From Eledone cirrhosa (Eukaryota), in NCBI GenBank assembly GCA_964016885.1, contig OZ024742.1:305164001-305228000 (forward strand): DNA of 64,000 bases, in the 5' to 3' direction. The position numbers and the translations under genes were made by a program. A model generated the notes under the pieces. It saw only the letters and a list, made by a program, of their open reading frames with translations. It did not search any database and was not told the DNA's origin. The first letter of the stretch is position 1. Each line of letters starts with the position of its first letter. Of the stretch, positions 13,621 through 29,200 are shown piece after piece.

Positions 13621-13841
13621 GTTCTGCTTAAATACACTTTTTGAATAGTTGGATTCGAGGATTCGATTAAATTTGATTAAAAGTCAAATGTTAGCGATCC
13701 TAGACTGATTATGTAACACACACAAAGAAACACACACCAGTGTTATGCAATAAATGATGACCCCCATTCTTCTGAAACGAAATGTTTTAAATGATTTTGT
13801 AAATTTCTCTCCTTCCCTCTCTCCCTCACTCTCCCTCTCTT

Positions 13842-13918
<77 letters not shown>

Positions 13919-14031
13919 AGAGAGAGAGAGAGAAAGACGGAGTGGGGGAAAATGTGTGTGCGTCTGTGTTAAAGTTCACTTGAAACATTTTGATATATCA
14001 AATTTGGTTATGTCTAGGAATCCACTTCGAA

Positions 14032-14130
<99 letters not shown>

Positions 14131-14227
14131 ATGGATATGAGATACGTTAAGGTGAAACAAATTGTCCTCGAAAATGGGTAACTAACTGTTGTGGAACTAC
14201 TTCGATATATATAAGGAAAAGAAATTG

Positions 14228-14419
14228 ATAATTGTTTCTACTTTTGGCACAAGGCCAGAAATTATCCCAGTGTATTACTGGTACTTTATTTTATCGACCC
14301 CGTAGGGATGAAAGGCAAAGTTAACCTCGGCGGGATTTGAACTCAGACCATAAAGGGCCGTAACTCTTTGCTGCAAAGCACGGCGTCTGACCCTCTACCG
14401 ATACTGCCAATACACCGCC
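14228..14419 (-). mobile_element. Nin-domain SINE, full length with TSD
   Basis: Full SINE; aaattgataat duplicated at 14222-14232 and 14420-14430. Confidence 0.92.
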
Positions 14420-14599
14420 AAATTGATAATGCAACTGGAGTATATGTATGACCCTAAGGTATTGGAACCGAAAGAAATGCTGAATTAAAAAAAAAGCAAA
14501 CTAGAAATATCCAGGTGGTAGCGAAAACTTTTGACAAGTTGATATTACAAAAAATTCTAGTAAAGCCTGGACTTCCATCGGTTTCGACGAGGCATCTAA

Positions 14600-17500
14600 C
14601 AACACTACCATCATCATCATGATCACCACCATCATCATTACCAACACGATCATCATCACCGCCTTCATAACAGCTATCATCATCACCGCCACTGCCACTA
14701 GTATCAACATCACCACCACTATTGCCACCATCGCCATCACCATTAACACCATCATCATCATCCCCTTTATTACCAGCATCATTATCATCACCATCACCAT
14801 CATCCTTACTACCAACATCACCATCATCATCACCACCATTATCAACCCCTTTTCTGATCCCGACTTAACCCTCAAAGTTATTAACACCTCCACCACTAGC
14901 CTCTCCAGCATTACCACTACTCACAATCCCCAACTACATCACTAGACCCACCGCCATCTCGACTCACATTCCTCATCGACGTCACCAGAACCTCCACCAA
15001 CAACGACACTACCACCACGATCAATATCACCACCATCAGCAAAATCAATATCGTTTACACACCCACAATACACACCCACCAATATCACCACACCATCGAC
15101 TCCACCATCGACGCCACCTCAAACACCAGCAACATCAACACAACCACCACTCACACCCACACAATGCCACCCCCCATAGCCCCTTGTGCCCCTACCACTA
15201 CACTTCCACGCGCCCACTACCATCAACAACACTAGAAACACCACCACCAATACCACCCGTCCCTCCAACACTAGCAGCACGATCATCATCATTAGCAATA
15301 CAGTCACGAACAGCACCTCCACCATCACCACCACCACTATTAACCCAGAACCATCACCACCTACACCTCCACCACTACCACTACCCCACCATTAGTTCCC
15401 CACCACCACTGACACCATTATCACCCACCCATACACCACCACCACCACTACCACATCGTCATCAACAACATCACCAGTATTCCACCCAATACCAACACTG
15501 CCATCAACACCACCCCCATTTCCATAAACACCACCGAACAATCTGAACCAACACCACCTCCGTGAACACCATCACCACCACAAGTTTCATAACACCCACC
15601 ACCACCTCCATCAATACCCCATCACCACTAACACCAACACCACTATCAACACCACCACTTCCATGAACACAGCCCAGCCACCACCAACCATACCACCTCC
15701 ACCACCAGTAACAGAACCACCATCAACACCACCATCGACACAGCCCAACCAAACCAGCATCAACTCCACCACCTCCACCACCAGTAACTTAACCATCATC
15801 ACCAACATCCCCACCACCTTCATCACCACTAACACCAACACCACCATCAACACCACCATCAACACCACCACCACCATCGACACAGCCCAACCAGCATCAA
15901 CACCACCACCTTCACCACCAGTAATCATATCTCCACTCTCCTTAACCCATCGTCAAGCCTTCTGACCTAACTGCTCCCACCTCTCCCCACTCCCCTCTCT
16001 CACTACCACGCCCTTACAGACATTACAAGCATCCTCACTACTAATGCTTTTTCCATTAGTGTTCCTATACTCACAACCACCACACCACCACCACTACTAT
16101 AAACTCGAACCTACAACCACCAGCAACAACATTACCTTCACCACCACCACTACCACCATAACCACTAATAATACTGCCACCACCTCCACCACAATCACCA
16201 CACCACCACCACTACTACAAACTCGAACCTACAACCACCAGTAACAACATTACCTTCACCACCACCACTACCACCATAACCACTAATAATACTGCCACCA
16301 CCTCCACCACAATCACCACACCACCACCACTACTACAAACTCGAACCTACAACCACCAGTAACAACATTACCTTCACCACCACCACTACCACCATAACCA
16401 CTAATAATACTGCCACCACCTCCACCACAATCACCAATAATACTGCCACCACCTCCACCACAATCACCACACCACCACCACTACTACAAACTCAAATCAC
16501 AACCATCAGCAGGATTATCATCACCACCACCACCACCATAACCACACAAACAATACTGCCACCACAACCACGGCAAACACGAACCCCAACCACCAAACCA
16601 CCACTACCACCAAACCACCACTACCACCATCATCATGAGAAACAATAGACTGCATCACCACCACCACCACCAGCATCACCAGCATTTTCACAACAACCAC
16701 CAAACCATTACCAAGAACACACACACCAAAAAAAAAAGAAACACCACCACCACCAGCGCTGCCACAAACACCATCACCCCCATCGCCACCAACTCAAAGA
16801 ACCACTACCACTACATTCTCGTGAATACCTCCAACACCATTACAATTATTACAACACCACTGCCGCCGCCGCCACCACTAGCACCTTATGTAACCACAAC
16901 CATTACACCACCTATACGATCACCAACACCGCTCCATTATCTACCACCATCGCCAACTCTAAAATCAAAGCCACGAATACCACTAATAACGCCGCCACCA
17001 CTACCACCCTACCACCATCACTACCAGAATCATCACTACTACTATCACTACCATTACAGTCACCACCACCACTAGTTCTACAAGCATCATACCACTACAA
17101 CCACCAGCACCTCACCACACCCAAAGTAATTATCATTACAACTAGCACTATCACTGCCACCACAAATATCGCCACAGCCACCGTCACCCCTAAATACTGA
17201 TAGCACCAGCACCACAACCACCACCAGCAACACCATCACCACCACCAGCAACACCATCACCACCACCAGCACTACCACCACCATTGATATCACTACCATT
17301 CCCATTACTACCACTTCATTTCCACTTACTACCATTACCACCACAATATCTCATTACACCACCACCATCACTACCAACACCATCGCCACCACCAACACCA
17401 TCACCACCACCACCATCGCTACCACCACCAACGCCACCCTCACCATCGCTACCACCACCACCATCTCATCACCATCATCGCCACCATCACCAACCAAACT

Positions 17501-17800
17501 AACAGCTCAATCTTTCATGACACAACCACCAAAATCTTTCCCTACAGTAACACCGCCACAACCATAAAGTTTCCATAAAACAACAGCTCCACCGCCACAA
17601 TCCATTTTTACACAACCACCACCACCAATACCACCACCACCATCCACCCCCACCAAATCACGATGACCACCACACCATCCACCATCACCACTACCAGCAT
17701 CACCACTACCACCACCACCACCACCACCACCACCATTACCACAACAACCATCACTATCCCAACAACAACAAAAACAACAGCACAATCATCACAGTACAAC
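14600..17800. repeat. (ACC/CAT)-rich low-complexity tract
   Basis: Degenerate CAC/CAT trinucleotide repeats. Confidence 0.85.
16078..16494. repeat. 118-bp minisatellite, ~3.5 copies
   Basis: aaactcgaacctacaac at 16101, 16219 and 16337. Confidence 0.9.
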
Positions 17801-18323
17801 TATAATAACAACAGCGGCCATTGTTGTGATGTCACGTGATTTCCTTACTTCATTAAAGTGAGAGCCGCGAGTTCATTAATCAATCAAACGGCCAACACAC
17901 ACACACCCTTATAAACATATATATAGATATGTATACACGCACACACACATACATGTATATATATACATACACAAGCCACAGCGGGTGCACACACGCACAC
18001 ACACATATATAGCACATACATATATATTCACAGGCAGACGACGCACATAGTTTTAAACACAGTTGCATACACAAAAGCAAATAGAGATACACCAACACAC
18101 ACAAAGGGATACAAACAGAAGCATACACATAGGACACACATACACATTCAATTAAAGACTCTTATGCAAACACACAAACATAGTCTCCCATACACAAACA
18201 CATACATCTACATGCGCACATACATTAATAGATATAGTCACTGAAACCTGGCACCCCCTCCTCCACTACCACCGACTTCCAGCTTCGTTTCAGTATTTGC
18301 CCTCTGATACGCTTTCATCTTCT

Positions 18324-18665
<342 letters not shown>

Positions 18666-19167
18666 GAGGAGGGGGAGAGAGAACTAGATATATAGAGACC
18701 TTTTCCAACTAACTCGAAACTCATCCAGCCGTGTTACACAAACCTAGTATATTTGATGTACCTGTCACACCTTTTCTCTTCTTCACTTTTTCGTTTATGT
18801 GACGGGGTCTCTAATAAATACCTGCACACAAACTCGTGTGTATGCATATATAGAAAGTGGCTGAGACTGGGGAGACCACTAAACATACTCAAAGCATGGG
18901 GAGATATATAGTGGGTATAGAGATACGTAAAATCCCGAGCGTGACGCCAAATGGTTTCAGCTTGGTCCCGCGGTCAAGATAATACCTATCTTTCTCTCTC
19001 TTTCTATCTGCTTCTGTCGCTCGCTCTCTTTCCCTCCCCATATATATATATATATGAAATACCAATGACCGTTGGCAAATCACTGATGAGGGACTCATTT
19101 TATAACATGTTATCCATGTGCAACCATGCAGTATTCTTCTCCCCATATTTTTCACATATATATATAT

Positions 19168-19693
<526 letters not shown>

Positions 19694-19727
19694 TATATAT
19701 ATATATTATGTATATATATATATATAT

Positions 19728-19760
<33 letters not shown>

Positions 19761-19768
<8 letters not shown>

Positions 19769-20360
19769 ATACTTTGGGGGGGGGGGGTCATGTTGTCAAT
19801 AAGAAACACACGCACCAGCTGCTTTCACTCCAATTTATTATAAATTAAATTTATATATTTAAGAATTTATAAATTTCCGGTTGGTTGGTTGGTTCCATAA
19901 CCGGACGGTTGTTCATATATTGTCAAAGTTCTTTCGTTACACATTCTGTGACCTCTTCAGTGACTGGGGGTTCTTTTCTTTGTTTTGTGATTCTCCTTTG
20001 TTTTGTCCTACGCCATCTTGTTTTTGTCTGTGTTCATCTTGTTTTTGTGTGTGTTCACACACACTAAAACAAGATGGCGTAGGACAGAACAAAGAAGTGG
20101 CACAAAACAAAGAAAAGAACCCCCCAGTCACTGAAGAGGTCACAGAATGTCTGACGAAAGAACTTTGAAAAATATATGAACAACCGTCCGGTTATGGAAC
20201 CAACCAACCGGAAATTTATAAATTTAATTTATAATAAATTGGAGTGAAAGCAACTGGTGCGTGTGTTTCTTATTGGCAACATGACCCTCCCAAAGTATCA
20301 CAATATCAGTTTCAACACACGTTTTCGGATAAAAAATCTTGCTAAACAAATTCAGAAACG

Positions 20361-20363
<3 letters not shown>
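19761..20363 (+). mobile_element. Fold-back element: arms 19761-~20053 / ~20056-20306, tail 20307-20363, in (TA)n
   Basis: Long inverted repeat with a few indels; HHR-like fold in each arm. Confidence 0.9.
20127..20169 (+). ncRNA. Minimal type I hammerhead ribozyme variant (mirror copy 19922-19964, minus strand)
   Basis: GUCA-CUGAAGA-G-GUCA...UGAC-GAA-AGAACU-U|UGA(C). The stem I 3' strand UGAC is intact in the mirror copy; one extra purine follows the core. Confidence 0.7.
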
Positions 20364-20401
<38 letters not shown>

Positions 20402-20453
20402 AATAAGGGCGCTGCGGAGTTGCAAATGGGTTACAATATATATATATATATAT

Positions 20454-20563
20454 AGCTCAAGCCATCGGGGTTAAACATTTTCCTATTACCCACTCTACTA
20501 CCCTAAGTATTGAGTACTCTGGTGCGTTATGGTCTATCTGGTTCCTTACCACAACTCCTTCGT
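20454..20563 (+). mobile_element. Family-A tail fragment in (TA)n
   Basis: cctattacccactctactaccctaagtattgagtact... near-identical to 3400-3481. Confidence 0.88.
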
Positions 20564-20672
20564 TATATATATATATATTTTATGGGTAAATAGTGATTCA
20601 TCTAACCTTAATAAAGTGAATTTTGAAATTGTACTTCAGTATTGAGTACCTTTTACTGTACATACATATATA

Positions 20673-20853
20673 TAGTTTCTACTTTTGGCATAAGGCCAGC
20701 GATTACCCCAGTGCATCACTGGTACTTTATTTTATCGACCTCGTAAGTATGAAAGGCATAATTAACCTCGGTGGATTTGAACTCAGAACGCAAAGGGCTA
20801 TAACTATGCTGCAAAGCATGGTGTCTGACGATCTACCGATTCTGCCGAACCAC
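20673..20853 (-). mobile_element. Nin-domain SINE
   Basis: Matches the SINE consensus. Confidence 0.88.
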
Positions 20854-20883
20854 GGGCCTAACTGATATATATATATATGGGTG

Positions 20884-21607
20884 TGTAAGTATGTATACGC
20901 ACATACATATATGTATACAGACGTACAGAAGTATGTATATACATACATACATGCACATATATATATATATGTACGTATGGATTCACCGAACATTTATTAT
21001 AATGCTCGGTTTGTTTATAAACAAACAGCCCAAATTATTAGCCGTACAGTGTTCGGCAACCATCGCTGCCTTATTTGTTCAACACTGACAAAGGAATGAT
21101 GAAGTAGTTTCTAGCTTACTAGCTGTCATCAGCACCGTATACCTTCCCGTACTAAGAGTGAGAAATGAAATTTCATTTTTTCCATTTATCGTTTTCGGTA
21201 CGCCCGGCCGACTAACTCACTCGATATGCAAATTAGGCTGCTCAGCCGTTAATATGCATGAGGAAAGTATATACTTTCAAAGATTCAATCAACTGACAGG
21301 AGGGTATACAGTGCTGATGACAGCTAATAAGCTAGAAACTAGTTCATCGTTCCTTTGTCAGTGTTGAACAAATAGAGCAGCGATGGTTGCCGAACACTGT
21401 ACGGCTAATAATTCGGGCTGTTTGTTTACAAACAAGCCAAGCATGATAAATGTTCGGCAAACCCATACGTACATATATGTATGTGTGCATGTATGTATGT
21501 ATATACATACTACTGTACGTCTGTATACATATATGTATGTGCGTATACATACTTACATTTAAATATCAGCCGTAATAAGAGTGTGAAATGAAATTTCATT
21601 TTTTTCC

Positions 21608-21613
<6 letters not shown>
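20884..21613 (+). mobile_element. Retrozyme-like fold-back element: arms 20884-21147 / 21299-21557; + strand 21147-21613 is a terminally redundant ~423-bp monomer
   Basis: Inverted arms; 21147-21189 repeated at 21570-21613; HHR at 21311-21347; ATGCAAAT at 21226-21233. Confidence 0.85.
21311..21347 (+). ncRNA. Minimal type I hammerhead ribozyme (mirror copy 21099-21135, minus strand)
   Basis: GUG-CUGAUGA-C-AGCU-AAUA-AGCU-A-GAA-ACUAGU-U|CAU; palindromic stem III ACUAGU. Confidence 0.8.
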
Positions 21614-21643
<30 letters not shown>

Positions 21644-21648
<5 letters not shown>

Positions 21649-21819
21649 AACGAGTAGGACCCCGACGTCTGAGCTCAAGCCGTTTCGACGGCTAGCCGTC
21701 GAAACGGCTTGAGCTCAGACGTCGGGGTCCTACTCGTTCCTATTACCCACTCTACTACCCTAAGTATTGAGTACTTTGGTGCGTTATCGTCCACCTGGTT
21801 CCTCACCACATTTCCTTCG

Positions 21820-21820
<1 letters not shown>
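21644..21820 (+). mobile_element. Family-A fold-back element: perfect 100-bp palindrome (21644-21743) + tail, in (TA)n
   Basis: Axis 21693/21694; homologous to 3303-3481. Confidence 0.92.
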
Positions 21821-21875
<55 letters not shown>

Positions 21876-22074
21876 ACGTGTTTGGCGTATTTAACTTCTG
21901 TTATTATTAGTATATACATCAGTTAGTTTCTGCGTGATCATGTTTTCAATTTTGTATTTAGTCATCATTTTCATCTACGTCATCGTTAAGTCTTTCCTTT
22001 AGCCCCCCTCCCCCAGTTGCATTCCGTTATTTCAATGCTCCTACATTTCTACATTCATTATATGCATTTATCGG

Positions 22075-22165
22075 ACGCTGGTTTGGTAGTTTCGGTAGAG
22101 CGTCAGACAACATGCTTTGCGGCATATAGGTACATCCCTTTACGTTGTGAGTTCATATCCCGTCG
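22075..22165 (+). mobile_element. SINE 5' (tRNA-like) fragment
   Basis: tggtagtttcggtagagcg...gagttcatatccc. Confidence 0.65.
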
Positions 22166-22240
22166 AATTGATAAGAAATCATTATATGCATTTATGCACT
22201 AACATAATACTTAAGTAACACATGTATATATATATATATA

Positions 22241-22637
22241 TATTACTTCAAAATATTAACAAAATATAGACATTCATGGGATCAAATATATGTTATTATA
22301 TATATTTCAGAGGTACTGAGCTGTTTCATCAGTACGGCCTCATCAGATAAAATAAATTAATGTCTGACATACGTCAACTGTGCTGATGGTTCAATTCCAG
22401 TTTTGGCATTGAACTATCAGCACAGTTGAGGTATGTCAGACATTAATTTATTTTATCTGATGAGGCCGTACTGATGAAACAGCTCAGTACCTCTGAAATA
22501 TATATAATAAAATATATTTGATCACATGAATGTCTATATTTATTAATATTTTTGAAGTAATATTAATAACTCCAGAAAACCCTCTTGTTGAGTGCTTCTA
22601 ATCTATTGTAAAACTATATTCATTGATCAATCAATTA
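22241..22637 (+). mobile_element. Family-B fold-back element: arms 22241-~22399 / ~22404-22562, tail 22563-22637
   Basis: Inverted arms with an HHR in each; tail taactccagaaaa...gttgagtgc. Confidence 0.9.
22449..22514 (+). ncRNA. Type I hammerhead ribozyme (mirror copy 22289-22354, minus strand)
   Basis: UAUUUUAU-CUGAUGA-GGCCGUACUGA/UCAGUACCUCU-GAA-AUAUAUAU-A|AUAAAAUA. 8-bp stem I; base of stem II imperfect. Confidence 0.82.
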
Positions 22638-22676
22638 ACTTTGTTAAACTTTTGGTCATATATATATATGTATATA

Positions 22677-22761
<85 letters not shown>

Positions 22762-23289
22762 CTGTGTGTGCGTGCGTGGGTGTGTGTATATAATGCGTGT
22801 GTGTGTGTGTGTGTGTATAATGCGTGTGTGTAAGCATATGCAGCATTATATGTAAGATATAATATAATATACCTGAAGGACGTGTAGCAAAACTGAAAAA
22901 ATACTTTAGAATTGGCCTTAAACTTAAAGTTGCTGATCCCTAGTGTTGAACGGACCCTCGTCAGTTTCGATGATGACTCGTCCAGTTTTTTAATCGATGG
23001 AACAGCCTACTCAGGAAAGTAACGCATAATTGGAGGAGCAGTCCATAGACACGTGTAGGCTGAAATAAATGTTAGACAGATACTGCCTGACACATGCTGG
23101 ATTATTGAGTTATAGTTACACACCATCCGTCGGACATCGAAATATATTCTGTCTCCCCAATTTCTCTCACAACTAATAAAAAGTGATATACAGTGGAATT
23201 GAACCTGAAACCTAATGATAGCAAAACAAATTTTCTTAACCATTCGACCATGCTGCATCAGCCCTGGCTTATACAAAAGTAACATGAAA

Positions 23290-26200
23290 AGCCCGCAACA
23301 GTAAAATCGACAGAAAACACAAGATAAACGACAATATCAGCAACAACGACAACAAGAACATTAACAACAACAAAAACAATAAAACCACTGACAACAGTAA
23401 CAACAACAGCAACAAGGACAAAAACAACAGCAACCTCAACAACAAAAATAACAAAAACAACAGTAGCAACAACAACAACAATAACAAAAACAACAGTAAC
23501 AACAACAGCAACAATGACAAAAACAACATTAAAAACAACAACAACAATAACAATAACAACAGTAACAAGAAGGGCAACAATAACAAAAACAACAGTAACA
23601 ACAACAACAATAACAAAAAAGAACAGTAACAAGAACGGCAACAATGACAAAAACAACAGTAACAACAGCAACAATAACAAAAACAACAGTAACAACAACA
23701 GCAACAATAACGAAAACAACAGTAACAACAACAACAGCAACAATAACAAAAACAACAGTAACGACAACAATAACAATAACAAAAACAACAGTAAAACAAC
23801 AACAACAACAACAATGACAAAAACAACAGTAACAACAACAGTAACAATGAGAAAAACAACAGTAACAACAACAACAACAATGGCAAAGACAACAGTAACA
23901 ACAACAGCAACAATGACAAAAACAACATTAACAACAACAACAACAATAACAATAACAACAGTAACAAGAAGGGCAACAATAACAAAAACAACAGTAACAA
24001 CAACAGCAACAGTAACAACAACAACAATAACAAAAAACAACAGTAACAAGAACGGCAACAATAACAAAAACAACAGTAACAACAGCAACAATAACAAAAA
24101 CAACAGTAACAACAACAGCAACAATAACAAAAACAACAGTAACAACAACAACAGCAACAATAACAAAAACAACAGTAACGACAACAATAACAATAACAAA
24201 AACAACAGTAAAAACAACAACAACAACAACAATGACAAAAACAACAGTAACAACAACAGTAACAATGAGAAAAACAACAGTAACAACAACAACAACAATG
24301 ACAAAAACAACAGTAACAACAACAGCAACAATAACAAAAACAACAGTAACAACAACAACAATAACAAAAACAACAGTAACAACAGCAGCAACAATGACAA
24401 AAACAACAGTAACAACAACAGCAACAGTAACAACAACAACAACAATAACAAAAAGAACTGTAACAACAACAGCAACAATGACAAAAACAACAGTAACAAC
24501 AATAGCAACAATGACAAAAACAACAGTAACAACAACAGCAACAATGACAAAACAACAGTAACAACCACTACAATGACAAAAACAACAGTAACAACAACAA
24601 CAACAATGACAAAAATAACAGTCATAACAACAACAACAATAACAAACACAACAGTAACATCAGCAAAAATAACAAAAACCACAGTAACAACAACAACAGC
24701 AATGACAAAAACAACAGTCATAACAACATCAACAAAAAGAACAGTAACAACAGCAACAATGACAAAAACATCAGTAACAACGACAGCAACAATAACAAAA
24801 ACAACAGTCATAACAACAGCAACAATGACAAAACAACAGTAACAACAACAATAACAAAAACAACAGTAACAACAGCAACAATGACAAAAACAACAGTAAC
24901 AACAAAAGCAACAATAACATAAACAACAGTAACCACAACATCAACAATAACAAAAACAACTGTAACAACAACAGCAACAATGAAAAAAACAACAGTAACA
25001 TAAACAATGACAAAAACAACAGTAACAACAACAACAATGACAAAAACAACAGTCATAACAACAACAACAATAACAAACACAACAGTAACATCAGCAACAA
25101 TAACAAAAACCACAGTAACAACAACAACATTGACAAAAACAACACACATAAAAACAACAACAATAACAAACACAACAGTAACAACAACAGAAACAATAAC
25201 AAAAACAACAGTAACAACAGCAACAATGACGAAAACAACAGTAACAACAACAATAACAAAAACAACAGTAACAACAGCAACAATGACAAAAACAACAGTA
25301 ACAACAGTAACAATGACAAAAACAACAGTAACAACAACAGCAACAATGTCAAAAACAACAGTAACAACAACAGCAACAATGACAAAAACAACAGTATCAA
25401 CAACAGCAACAATGACAAAAACAACAGTAACAACAACAGCAACAATAACATAAACAACAGTAACCACAACATCAACAATAACAAAAACAACTGTAACAAC
25501 AACAGCAAAAACGATAAAAACAACAATAACAACAACAACAATGACAAAACAACAGTAACAATGACAAAAATAACAGTCATAACAGCAACAACAATAACAA
25601 GCAAAACATTAACATCAGCAACAATAATAAAAACCACAGTAACAACAACAACAATAACAAACACAACAGTAACAACAACTGCAACAATAACAAAAACAAC
25701 AGTAACAACAGCAACAATGACAAAAACAACAGTAACAACAACAATAACAAAAACAACAGTAACAACAGCAACAATGACAAAAACAACAGTAACAATAGTA
25801 ACAATGACAAAAACAACAGTAACAACAACAGCAACAATGACAAAAACAACAGTAACAACAACAGCAACAATGTCAAAAACAACAGTAACAACAACAGCAA
25901 CAATGACAAAAACAGCAGTAACAAAAACAGCAAGAATGACAAAAACAACAGTAACAAGAACAGCAACAATGACAAAACCAACAGTGACATCAACAGCAAT
26001 AATAACAAAATCAACAGTAACAACAACAACAACGACAAAAACAATAGTAACAACAACAGCAACAATAAAAAAACAAAAGTAACAACAACAGCAACAATGA
26101 CAAAAACAACAGTAACAACAACAGAAACAATAACAGAAACAACAGTGACAACAACAGCAACAATAACAAAAACAAGAGTAACAACAACAACAATGACAAA

Positions 26201-29200
26201 AAAATCAGTAACAAGAACAACAAGAACAAAAACAACAGTAACAACAACAGCAACAATAACAAAAAAACAGTAACAACAACAACAATAACAAAAACAACTG
26301 TAACAACAACAGCAACAATAACAAAAACAACAGTAACAAGAACAACAAGAATAAAAACAATAGTAACTACAACAGCAACAATAACAAAAACAACAGTAAC
26401 AACAACAGCAACAATGACAAAAACAACAGTAACAACAACAGCAACAATGATAAAAACAACAGTAACAAGAACAAGAACAAAAACCACAGTAACAACAACG
26501 GCAACAATAACAAAAAAACTGTAACAACAACAACAATAACAAAAACAACAGTAACTACAACAGCAACAATAACAAAATCCACAGTAACAACAACAACAAC
26601 AATAACAAAAACAACAGTAACAACAACCACAATAACAAAAACAACGGTAACAACAACAGCAACAATGACAAAAACAACAGTAACAACGACAGTAACAATG
26701 ACAAAAACAACAGTAACAACAACAGCAACTATAACAAAAACAACAGTAACAACAACAACAACAATGAGAAAAACAACAGTAACAACTGCAACAATGACAA
26801 AAACAACAGTAACAACAGCAATAACGAAAAACAACAGTAACAACAACAGCAACAATAACAAAAACAACAGTAAGAACAGCAACAACAATAACATAAACAA
26901 CATTAACAACAGCAACAACAATAACGAAAACAACAGTAACAACAATAGCAACAATAACAAAAACAACAGTAACAACAACAGCAACAATGACAAAAAAGAC
27001 AGTAACAACAGCAACAATAACGAAAAACAATAATCACAACAACAGCAACAATAACAAAAAACAACAGCAACAACAACAGCAACAATAACAAAAACAACAA
27101 TAACAACAACAACAATAACAAAAACAACAGTAACAACAACAGCAACAATAACAAAAAGAACAGTAACAACATCAACAACAATAACAAAAAGAACAGTAAC
27201 AACTACAATAATAACAAAAACAACAGTAACAACAACAGCAACAATAACAAAAACAACAGTAACAACAACAACAATAACAAAAACAACAGTAACAACAACA
27301 GCAACAATAACAAAAACAACAGTAACAACAACAGCAACAATGACAAAAACAACAGTAACAACAACAGCAACAATAACAAGAACGACAGTAAAAACAACAG
27401 CAACAATGATAAAAACAACAGTAACAAAAACAAGAACAAAAACCACAGTAACAACAACGGCAACAATAACAAAAAAACTGTCACAACAACAACAATAACA
27501 AAAACAACAGTAACTACAACAGCAACAATAAGAAAAACAACATTAACAACAACAACAATAACAAAAACAACGGTAACAACAACAGCAACAATGACAAAAA
27601 CAACAGTAACAACGACAGTAACAATGACAAAAACAACAGTAACAACAACAGCAACTATAACAAAAACAACAGTAACAACAACAACAACAATGACAAAAAC
27701 AACAGTAACAACAGCAACAATGACAAAAACAACAGTAACAACAACAATAACGAAAAACGACGGTAACAACAACAGCAACAATAACAAAAACAACAGTAAC
27801 AACAGCAACAACAATAACATAAACAACATTAACAACAGCAACAACAATAACGAAAACAACAGTAACAACAATAGCAACAATAACAAAAACAACAGTAACA
27901 ACAACAGCAACAATGACAAAAACGACAGTAAAAACAGCAACAATAACGAAAAACAATAATCACAACAACAGCAACAATAACAAAAAACAACAGTAACAAC
28001 AACAGCAACAATAACAAAAACAACAATAACAACAACAACAATAACAAAAACAACAGTAACAACTACAGCAACGATGACAAAAACAACAGTAACAACAACA
28101 GCAATAATAACGAAAACAACATAACAACAACAGCAACAATAACAAAACCAACAGTAACAACAACAGCAACAATAACAAAAACAACAGTAACAACAACAGC
28201 AATAATGACAAAAACAACAGTAACAACAACAGCAATAATGAGAAAAACAACAGTAACAACAACAGCAACAATAACAAAAACAACGGTAACAACAATAGCA
28301 ACAATAACAAAAACAACAGTCACAACAACAACAATAACAAAAACAACAGTAACAACAACAGCAACAATAACAAAAACTACAGTAACAACAACAACAATAG
28401 CAAAAGCAACGGCAGCAACAACAGCAACAATAACAAAAACAACAGTAACAAAAACAACAATAACAAAAACAACAGTAACAACAACGGCTACACTGACAAA
28501 TACAACAATAACAACAATAGCAACAATGACAAAAACAACAGTAACAACAACAACAATGACAAAAACAACAGTCACAACAACAACTACAATGACAAAAACA
28601 ACAGTAACAACAACGGCTACACTGACAAATACAACAATAACAACAATAGCAACAATGACAAAAACAACAGTAACAACAACAACAATGACAAAAACAACAG
28701 TCACAACAAGAACAACAATAACAAAAACAACAATAACAACAAGTGCAACAATGACAACAACAACAGTCACAGCAACAACAACAATAACAAAAAACCACAG
28801 TAACAACAATAGCAACAATGACAAAAACAGCAATAACAACAACAGCTACAATGACAAAAACAACAGTAACAACAACAGCAACAATAACAAAAACAAAAGT
28901 AACAACAACAACAACAATGACAAAAACAACAGTAACATCAACAGCAACAATAACAAAAAAAACAGTAACAACAACAACAATGACAAAAACATCAGTAACA
29001 ACAACATCAACAATAACAGAAACAACAGTAATATCAACAGCAACAATGAGAAAAACAACAGTAACAACAACAGCAAAAATAACGAAAAATATACAGTCAC
29101 AACAACAACAACAATAACAAAAACAACAGTAACAACAATAGCAACAATAACAAAAACAACAGTAACAACAGCAACAACAATGACAAAAACAACAGTAACA

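Noticed and set aside
19086-19110. CTGATGA as an HHR core
   Set aside because: No stem II partner or downstream GAAA. The same applies to hits near 4891, 10752(-) and 45995(-).
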